From: an uncultured Acidimicrobiaceae bacterium
GTDB lineage: Bacteria; Actinomycetota; Acidimicrobiia; Acidimicrobiales; RAAP-2
DNA: 64,000 nucleotides
Assembly: GCA_963754445.1 (NCBI GenBank)
Contig: CAVWFT010000003.1
Span: 76,348 to 140,347, forward strand
Reading direction: 5' to 3'
In this document: positions 8,075 to 14,757 of the stretch, in pieces
Numbering within the stretch: the first letter of the stretch is position 1
Layout: each line of letters starts with the position of its first letter
The notes under the pieces: generated by a model
What the model was told of the DNA's origin: nothing
Databases searched by the model: none
The model's input: only the letters and a program-made list of their open reading frames with translations
Position numbers and translations under genes: made by a program

Positions 8075-9682
8075 CTACCCGCGGCCAACAGAGGACGTCT
8101 CGCGCTCCTTCGTCCACGACCGCAGTAGCGCCGCCACCTCGGCAGGCTGGGAGTCGATGAACTTGCCCACTTCCGCGGAGCGCTGTTCGCCCACCGCGGG
8201 CCGCTCGGAACCGATGGCCGAGACCTGGGCCGTGGCGTCGGCCGATCCGGGGTCGTAGTCGAGCGCGACCGCCGTAGCCGTCGGAACGAGCATCGGTGTG
8301 CGCCGGGGCACCCGGTTCTTCTTGGCACTGCGCCACAGGAGGAAGAGGACTGCCACAATGATGAGAACGACGACCGCAGTGCGGATGAGGCCGTTCATCG
8401 ATTGTTTCGACTGAGCCGCCTGCGCTGCTGCGGCAGCCTTGTTGGCGGCCGCCTCGGTCGCCGTCGAGAAGGGTGCCTCGCTCATCACCAGGTTGTCGCC
8501 TCTGGTCGCGTTGACGCCGGCGGCAGCCGCAACGCCCTGCTTGAGAGTGGCCAGGCTCACGCCCTTGGGGACGCTCTTGGCATTCACGAGCACGGCGATG
8601 GACTGGTTTTCCAAGGTCCCCGGTGCGTTCTTCTGGGTCTGCGTGACGGTTCCTGTGGAGTAGTTCGTGGACGTCGAGGAGTTCGAGTAGTTGCCCGAAC
8701 CGGTGTTGCCGCCCGCGGTCGTGGCCGACCCGAGGGTTCCGCCGCTCGTGGCACCCCCGGTGGCCGTCTCGGTGCTGGTCTGCGTCTGTGTCGGGACAGA
8801 GACGGGCTTGCCACCCGGATCGGTCTGGAATCCGTTCGTCACGGTCGACACCTGGTTGAAGTTCAGCAGCGCATTCACCTGGATCTCCGCGTTGCCCTGC
8901 CCGAGCACGCTGGCCAGATACGAGGCGATCTTCGCTTGCTGAGAGGCTTCGAACGCGCTGGTCGCCCCGTCGTTGGAACCGGCTGACGTGTCCACCCCAG
9001 GGCCCGAGAGGAGGTCGCCGTTCGAGTCGGCCACCGTGACATTGGACGCGCCCAGCCCTGGCACCGAGCTTGCGACGAGGTGCACGATTGCTTGGACCTC
9101 ACTGCCCGAGAGTGCTTGGCCCTGGGCGGTATCCACCAGCACGGAGGCTCCGGTCGGCGTGGCATTGGTCACGGCGAAGGTGTTCGCCTGGGGCATGGCC
9201 AGGTTCACCTGCGCGCCGGTGACGCCGTGAATCGACTCGATCGTCGACTGCAACTCACCCTGGAGGGCTTGGAGGTAGTCGGCCTGCTGAGTGGCCTGTG
9301 AGGTCGTGATCCCCTCCTTGTCCAGGATCCCGAGGCCGACGTTCGAACTCGCCGCGGGCAGGCCGGCAGAGGCCATGGCGATGCGTTCCTGGTCGACGTC
9401 GTTCTGGGGCACGTAGATGGACGCGCCACCGTCTTGAAGCTGGTACGGCACATGATTGGCCGCCAGCTTCGATGTGATGGAGGCGGCGTCGGCAGGTTGG
9501 AGATTCGTGAAGAGTGGCGCGTAGCTCGGCTTCGACACGAGGTTCATGAAGAAGTAACCGCCGATGACCATGACGGCGACCGCAACCAGTGTCACTGCCT
9601 TCTGCCCGGGAGTGAAGCCGTCGGCAAACCGACGGGCCCCTGCTCGCCAGCGGTCGAAATCTGCTGAGGCGACGAGAGCCAT
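8075..9682 (-). CDS. fliF: Flagellar M-ring protein FliF
   Basis: 535 aa with N- and C-terminal TM segments and a central Ser/Thr/Gly-rich region. One-nt overlap (TGATG) with fliE. Confidence 0.9.
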   Translation of the reverse strand: MALVASADFDRWRAGARRFADGFTPGQKAVTLVAVAVMVIGGYFFMNLVSKPSYAPLFTNLQPADAASITSKLAANHVPYQLQDGGASIYVPQNDVDQERIAMASAGLPAASSNVGLGILDKEGITTSQATQQADYLQALQGELQSTIESIHGVTGAQVNLAMPQANTFAVTNATPTGASVLVDTAQGQALSGSEVQAIVHLVASSVPGLGASNVTVADSNGDLLSGPGVDTSAGSNDGATSAFEASQQAKIASYLASVLGQGNAEIQVNALLNFNQVSTVTNGFQTDPGGKPVSVPTQTQTSTETATGGATSGGTLGSATTAGGNTGSGNYSNSSTSTNYSTGTVTQTQKNAPGTLENQSIAVLVNAKSVPKGVSLATLKQGVAAAAGVNATRGDNLVMSEAPFSTATEAAANKAAAAAQAAQSKQSMNGLIRTAVVVLIIVAVLFLLWRSAKKNRVPRRTPMLVPTATAVALDYDPGSADATAQVSAIGSERPAVGEQRSAEVGKFIDSQPAEVAALLRSWTKERETSSVGRG

Positions 9683-9996
9683 CAGAAGCTCATGCCCATG
9701 ATGGAGTTGAAGGCGTCAACCGCCTTGGTCACCATGGCCGACGTGACCTGCGTGTCGACCGAGGCCTGGGTCGCCGCGATCATGGCATCTCCGATATTCC
9801 CCTGGCCGGCCGCCACCTGGGCGGCCTGACTCGAGGCCGAGGCCTGTGTGCTCTGGAGTTGATCGACCGCATTGAGGATGCTGTTGGAAAAGCCGTCGGA
9901 ACCGGATGCGGCTGCGCCGGCGGAGGTCGCACTCGACGAGCCGGCGGCGGCCGTTGGCGGCGTGGGTGGTGACGGAGGGATTGGCGGGATCACCAT
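9682..9996 (-). CDS. fliE: Flagellar hook-basal body complex protein FliE
   Basis: C-terminal FliE signature (GDAMIAATQASVDTQVTSAMVTKAVDAFNSIMGMSF). ATG 9996 sits behind GGAG. Confidence 0.85.
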   Translation of the reverse strand: MVIPPIPPSPPTPPTAAAGSSSATSAGAAASGSDGFSNSILNAVDQLQSTQASASSQAAQVAAGQGNIGDAMIAATQASVDTQVTSAMVTKAVDAFNSIMGMSF

Positions 9997-10125
9997 GGGC
10001 GAATCTCCAACCAGGCCCGGGCAGCATTTGCCCTGGCACTCCAACTGCGGGACACAGTCACCACCCCTTGGACGTCACGTCGATGGCGTCATCGCGCGTT
10101 GCGCGACGAGCGTCACTCTCACCGT

Positions 10126-10162
10126 GCCCTTCCTGGGCGATCTACCGCTGGCATTCCCTGCC
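10126..10162 (-). promoter_or_regulatory. fliE leader module with hairpins GGCAGGGAAUGCC and GCCCAGGAAGGGC (second copy of the flgB leader module)
   Basis: Read directly on the minus strand and colinear with 192..227. Confidence 0.45.
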
Positions 10163-10172
10163 CGCACCATTT

Positions 10173-10200
10173 GTCTCGGAGGATTGGCAGGCCACCTTTA
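10173..10200 (-). promoter_or_regulatory. Sigma-28-type promoter candidate for the fliE operon: TAAA-N16-TCCGAGAC
   Basis: Minus strand reads TAAAGGTGGCCTGCCAATCCTCCGAGAC. Shares TAAAGGTG with the flgB promoter. Confidence 0.45.
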
Positions 10201-10252
10201 GCTCGCACCAGCCCTCGACGACACCCCGTCTGGGGGGACTGGATCGTGAATG

Positions 10253-10567
10253 TCAGGCCCGAGCGTCGACGTACGCAGCCCGCTGGCGGCGTGGCCGACT
10301 GGCGTGACGGAGCGCCGTCGCCACGGAGGCACGAGCATCGGCGACCTCGCCCTCGAAGGCTCGCGTCGCTCGCAGCAACTCCTGGGCCCGCGGTCGCAAC
10401 GCCTCGGGGAGAGGGCCGAGCTCATCGAGCGGGCTCGGTTCACGAAGAGCTGGTCGTTCCACATCGCGGTAGGAGAAGGCCTCGCGCTGGGCGTTCAGGT
10501 AGGACTCCATGGCGTCGAGCTCGCGAGCCCAGGCGTCGAATGTGCCCCGAGAACCCTTTGTGCTCAC
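10253..10567 (-). CDS. Hypothetical 104-aa protein in the FliT position after fliS
   Basis: GTG 10567 overlaps the fliS stop as GTGA. Helical, acidic sequence (FDAWARELDAMESYLNAQREAF..). No family recognised. Confidence 0.5.
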   Translation of the reverse strand: MSTKGSRGTFDAWARELDAMESYLNAQREAFSYRDVERPALREPSPLDELGPLPEALRPRAQELLRATRAFEGEVADARASVATALRHASRPRRQRAAYVDARA

Positions 10568-10986
10568 GCGCCCGCTCCGGCCGCGCTCGGCGTGAGCCCA
10601 GCCTCCTGCTCGGCCGCCCGACGCCACGCTCCCGCAAGTTCCTGCACCACGCCGAGCACTCGCTGGGCCTGGTTCCGGTCCTTCTTGAGATTGGCCTCGA
10701 GTAGTTCCTTGTAGAGAGCGAAGTACAGCTGCGACAGGTCGTTTGCCGCCTCCCACAAATCCGTACGCAGCGTTCCCCGCAGGGCCAAAAGGATGTCCTG
10801 GGCGCCGCACAGCCCGTCGTTGACCGCCTTGAAGTCTCCACGGTCGAACGCGGCATCGGCCATGCCGAGGTCGAGGATCATCTTGTCAAAGAGCATGTTG
10901 AGACGTGCCGCAGGCGAAGCGGTGATCACCGCTTCGCGCCGATAGCGCTGCTTCATCTCCTCGGCCTTTGCTGCCGCTGACGGCAC
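10564..10986 (-). CDS. fliS: Flagellar export chaperone FliS
   Basis: YRREAVITASPAARLNMLFDKMILDL... is FliS-like. GTG 10986 sits behind GAGGAGAGGGG; ATG 10956 is an alternative. Confidence 0.85.
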   Translation of the reverse strand: MPSAAAKAEEMKQRYRREAVITASPAARLNMLFDKMILDLGMADAAFDRGDFKAVNDGLCGAQDILLALRGTLRTDLWEAANDLSQLYFALYKELLEANLKKDRNQAQRVLGVVQELAGAWRRAAEQEAGLTPSAAGAGA

Positions 10987-11017
10987 GGATCCCCTCTCCT
11001 CTCGTCCGCGATCAGGT

Positions 11018-13558
11018 CTAGGACAGACCCGACAGCGCGCTGGCGAGAGACTGGCTTTGGTTCTTGAGCGTGCCCAACGTGACCTCGAGTTGGCTGAACT
11101 CCTGTTGGAGCGACTTCTGTTCGGACGCAGCCAGTGACTGCTCGAAGGCAATCTCGGTGTTCATGCTGTTGGCCTGCTTGGTCAGGCCCTGTGCCGCCAG
11201 CGTGATCGAGCCGTTCACCGGGTTCGACATGGCGGAGGTCAGGCTGGAGAGACTCTGGGCAATGCCGGGCTGATAATTGAAGGTGCCCAGATCGGTGGCC
11301 GAGGTGATCCCGCTCTCGGTGACCTGGAGCGACAGCCCGCCCAGGGTCGGGTCCGTGACCGGGGCACTCAGGAACTGGCCGCTTCCGGTTGCGGTGACGC
11401 CGTTGATGGTGCCGACAACGTCCGAGCCGCTGAACGAGGCCGCCGTCCCGGCCGTGGCCCCGCCCAATCCGGTCGTCCCCGCACCCGTTGCGCTCGAGGT
11501 CACCGAGAACTGCGCTGCGCTGCCGAAATCCGAAGACGTGAGCTCCAGTTGCTGACCGTTGAGCACCTGGGCTGACAGAGAGATCCCCGCTCCAGCCAGA
11601 GCGGCATTGATCCCGCTGGCCACGTTGGTGAGGCTCTCGCCGGCCGAGGTGGCGAAATTGACGCTCTGCCCACCGGCCGCGATCGTCAACGTTTCCGCCG
11701 TACCGATAGTGCCACCGGTCAGGGTGGAACCAAGGTCCGTGGCCTGCGTGGCCGAGTGCGAGATGTTCACGTCATAGCTGCCGGCCTGCGACGTTGGTGA
11801 GGCGTAGGAGAAGCTCACGGCTCCGTTGTATGTGGCCGAGGCAGGCGAGAAGCCGCCGCCCGAGGTGAAGAGATTGGCCACCTGGGTCGGATTGGCGCTG
11901 AAGGCCGATTCGAATGCCGTCTGATCGAAATTGATCTGCCCGGACGCCAAGGTGACGCCGACACTCTCACCGTTGCCGAGAGTCGACGACCCCGCCGTGG
12001 CGGCAAAGGTGCCGAGGATCTGATTCTGGAGGTTCTGCAGCACGGCCGAGCCCATGAGCGGACCGGCAACCTTGGTCGATTCGTTGTACCCCGCGTACTG
12101 CGTGATGTCCGACAGCACCTGATTCGCCGCCGTGACCATGCTGCCCACTGCGGTCGACATGGCGTTCGCATCGGGGGCGACGCTGACCGTCACCGGGCTC
12201 GAGGTCGTGGAGGCCACCGTCACGGACAGTCCGGGCAGCAGACCGGCGAAAGTGTCGGACTGCGAGCTCAAGGTGTAGCCACCCGTGCCACCTACCTGGA
12301 TCTGGGCGTTCGTCCCGGCCGTTGCGGTCCGCAGCGCTCCGAGGGTCGAGGACGAAAAGGCGGCCGGGTCCACGGACAAGTTCGCCGCAGTCCCGGTCGT
12401 CGACGACGAAAGCTGGAGAATGTACTGGTTCGTACCGGTCTGCACGGCCGAGGCGATGATGCCGGTCCCGGCGCCGTTGATGTTCGACACCAAGTCGGCC
12501 AGAGAGCCGTTGCCGGTCGACACGTTGGTGCCGGTGATCGATCCCGTCGAGAGAAGCGAGCTGTTCACCGTAGGCAACGCGGTCAGCGCGTTCAGTGTGG
12601 CCGAGATCGTGCCGCCACTCCCCGAATTGAGCGTGACCGCCGCTCCGGCGGTGACATCGGTCAGGGTGTTGGCCGTACCGTCGACGGTGATCACGCCGTC
12701 CACACCGGTCGAGGCCGTGGCCTGCGCCGTGAGCCCCAACGTGGCCAACGCCGACCCGCCGGTCACCTGCAGGCTCTGGCTGCTGCCCTGATCGGCGGTC
12801 GAGAGCACGAGATTCCCGTTGGCGTCGTAACCGGCCTGCAGGACTCCCGAGGCGCCGGCCGTGCTGATGGCCGATTGCACGGCGCTGAGCAGACTGGACC
12901 CGGTGTAACCCCCGGTCGGGCTGGCGGCGAGCGTCAGTCCGTAACTGGTGCCGTTGACCGTGACGTTCAGGGTGTTGTTGCCGGCTCCGATGGTGACCGC
13001 AGTCTGGTTCCCGACTCCCCCGGTGCCCACGGCGGATGCGGCTTCAGAGGCCTGCGTGACGGTGATGGAGTGCGATCCCTGCGTGAGGCCGGTGCCGGCG
13101 ACCAAGGTGGCCAGACCGTATTGACCCCCGCCTTGAGCGAGCAGCAGCGATGGGTTGGTGTCGACCACATCGGCGGTCGAGGCCACGCTGCCCGACGAGA
13201 CCAGCGAGTTGGCCGCGGCGAGCGAGAGAACATTGAACGAAACCGACCCCGACGGAGTACCAGAGGTGGCCGTGGCGGTCGCGGCGGCGCTCGACGACGT
13301 GGCCTTGACTGCGCCCCACCCCGATTGCAACGAAAGCGCCTGGGCGGCCGTCTGAAAGGCCAGGAGATCCTTGTTGATCGCCTGGTAGTCCGCGGCCTCC
13401 GAGTTGAATCCGCTCTGCTGGTTCTGCAGATCGGTGATCGGCTCGTTGTAGCTCGTCATCAGCGCCTGGATGATCGAGGCGGTGTTGAGGCCGGAGATGA
13501 TGCCGTTGTCGACGATCGGCGGGCTGGACGTGCTCGAACCCGAAGAGGAGACAGTCAT
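11018..13558 (-). CDS. fliD: Flagellar filament cap protein FliD (unusually long, 846 aa)
   Basis: N-terminal GLNTASIIQALMTSYNEPITDLQNQQ and C-terminal FliD-like heptads. Long Ser/Thr/Gly-rich centre. Confidence 0.9.
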   Translation of the reverse strand: MTVSSSGSSTSSPPIVDNGIISGLNTASIIQALMTSYNEPITDLQNQQSGFNSEAADYQAINKDLLAFQTAAQALSLQSGWGAVKATSSSAAATATATSGTPSGSVSFNVLSLAAANSLVSSGSVASTADVVDTNPSLLLAQGGGQYGLATLVAGTGLTQGSHSITVTQASEAASAVGTGGVGNQTAVTIGAGNNTLNVTVNGTSYGLTLAASPTGGYTGSSLLSAVQSAISTAGASGVLQAGYDANGNLVLSTADQGSSQSLQVTGGSALATLGLTAQATASTGVDGVITVDGTANTLTDVTAGAAVTLNSGSGGTISATLNALTALPTVNSSLLSTGSITGTNVSTGNGSLADLVSNINGAGTGIIASAVQTGTNQYILQLSSSTTGTAANLSVDPAAFSSSTLGALRTATAGTNAQIQVGGTGGYTLSSQSDTFAGLLPGLSVTVASTTSSPVTVSVAPDANAMSTAVGSMVTAANQVLSDITQYAGYNESTKVAGPLMGSAVLQNLQNQILGTFAATAGSSTLGNGESVGVTLASGQINFDQTAFESAFSANPTQVANLFTSGGGFSPASATYNGAVSFSYASPTSQAGSYDVNISHSATQATDLGSTLTGGTIGTAETLTIAAGGQSVNFATSAGESLTNVASGINAALAGAGISLSAQVLNGQQLELTSSDFGSAAQFSVTSSATGAGTTGLGGATAGTAASFSGSDVVGTINGVTATGSGQFLSAPVTDPTLGGLSLQVTESGITSATDLGTFNYQPGIAQSLSSLTSAMSNPVNGSITLAAQGLTKQANSMNTEIAFEQSLAASEQKSLQQEFSQLEVTLGTLKNQSQSLASALSGLS

Positions 13559-13599
13559 GCGCTCGCTCTCCTTTCGTTCGTGCCGGGCCGGGGTAATTC

Positions 13600-13627
13600 G
13601 TGTCGGCTGCCGCCAAGGACAGCCTTA
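13600..13627 (-). promoter_or_regulatory. Sigma-28-type promoter candidate for fliD-fliS: TAAG-N16-GCCGACAC
   Basis: Minus strand reads TAAGGCTGTCCTTGGCGGCAGCCGACAC, about 40 nt upstream of the fliD ATG. Confidence 0.4.
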
Positions 13628-13650
13628 GTACTGCAATGAAGATTGCGCCG

Positions 13651-13695
13651 CGTCCCCGGAAGCGGTCGGGACCACGTGGACCACTTCCAGGGACG
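13651..13695 (-). terminator. Stem-loop after fliC, a candidate terminator or attenuator
   Basis: 12-bp stem CGUCCCUGGAAG/CUUCCGGGGACG. It is complete (one G-U pair) only on the minus-strand RNA. No U-tract follows. Confidence 0.4.
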
Positions 13696-13709
13696 ACGGA
13701 CGCAAACCT

Positions 13710-14546
13710 TTAGCTCAGGAGCTTCAGAACCAGTGAAGGCATCTGCTGCGCCTGCGAAAGCATCGACACACCCGACTGCATCAGGATTTGGTCGGTGCTG
13801 AACTTCGACGTCGCCTGAGCGAAGTTGACGTCGACCAGACCGCTGTAGGCGGCCTGAAGGTTTTGCTGGCCAACGGTGAGGTTGGCCACGATTGCCGTCA
13901 GTTGGTCCTGCGTAGCACCGACGTTGGCCTCGATGGACGCCACCGTGTTGATGGCGGCCTGGACAGCCGAGATCGCAGCCTGAGCGGACACGGCGTTGCC
14001 GACCGCGATCGACCCCGAAGAAACACCCAGGGACGCCGAAGTGGCGGCCTGGATCGTGATCGTCAGCTGCTGGTTGGTGTTGTCGAAGGCGCCGACCTGG
14101 AGAACCTGACCCGAGAACGAGCCGTCAAGCAGGTTGGTGGTACCGAACGACGTGGTGTTGGCAATCTGGTCGATCTGGTTCTGCAGAGCCGCAAACTCCT
14201 GCTGGTTGGCCGACAGCGACTGCGTGCTGTTGGTGGCACCGTTCGAGGAGTTGATGGCCAGCGAGTCCATCGTCTGGAGAAGCGACGAGATCTGGTTGAG
14301 CGCGCCGTTCGCCGTCTGAATCATCGAGACGCCGTTTTGGGCGTTCGACACTGCCTGCTGGTACCCGTTCGACTGGGAAAGGAGGTCCTGAGAGACCACG
14401 TACCCCGACGGGTTGTCGGCAGCGCTTTGGATCTGCAGACCCGACGACAACTGTGAAATGGCCGTCGACATCTGCGAGTCGGTGGCGTTCAAGTTGTTGT
14501 AGGCGTCAATCGCCGCAATGTTTGTGTTGACTACAAGGGAAGACAT
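13710..14546 (-). CDS. fliC: Flagellin (short, 278 aa)
   Basis: N-terminal LVVNTNIAAIDAYNNL...LSSGLQIQSAADNPSG and a conserved C-terminal flagellin domain. Confidence 0.95.
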   Translation of the reverse strand: MSSLVVNTNIAAIDAYNNLNATDSQMSTAISQLSSGLQIQSAADNPSGYVVSQDLLSQSNGYQQAVSNAQNGVSMIQTANGALNQISSLLQTMDSLAINSSNGATNSTQSLSANQQEFAALQNQIDQIANTTSFGTTNLLDGSFSGQVLQVGAFDNTNQQLTITIQAATSASLGVSSGSIAVGNAVSAQAAISAVQAAINTVASIEANVGATQDQLTAIVANLTVGQQNLQAAYSGLVDVNFAQATSKFSTDQILMQSGVSMLSQAQQMPSLVLKLLS

Positions 14547-14550
14547 CCGT

Positions 14551-14578
14551 TCCTCCTGGGTTGTGCCCCATCCATGGG
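14551..14578 (-). promoter_or_regulatory. fliC leader: GGA-loop hairpin CCCAUGGAUGGGG plus SD CAGGAGGA (candidate CsrA binding sites)
   Basis: Minus strand reads ...GUCCCAUGGAUGGGGCACAACCCAGGAGGAACGGAUG. Confidence 0.5.
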
Positions 14579-14657
14579 ACTCTTTTTGTCTGTCTAGGTT
14601 CCCTTCGCCGAGGTATCAGGTTTCCCCCTCCTCACCCGAACCTGGGCACCGTGAATA

Positions 14658-14684
14658 CAGTCGGCTGGCCACCAGCGGGCTTGA
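14658..14684 (-). promoter_or_regulatory. Sigma-28-type promoter candidate for fliC: TCAA-N15-GCCGACTG
   Basis: Read on the minus strand. An alternative perfect -10 GCCGATAG lies at 14722..14715 but has no good -35. Confidence 0.3.
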
Positions 14685-14723
14685 GCAGAGACTTTGGGGT
14701 TGTCTCGGCGTTGTCCTATCGGC

Positions 14724-14751
14724 TCAACCCTCCTGAACAGGCCGCCGATAC
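14724..14751 (+). promoter_or_regulatory. Sigma-28-type promoter candidate: TCAA-N16-GCCGATAC, ending 6 nt before the ATG at 14758
   Basis: Plus strand reads TCAACCCTCCTGAACAGGCCGCCGATACctgatcATG. Confidence 0.5.
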
Positions 14752-14757
14752 CTGATC

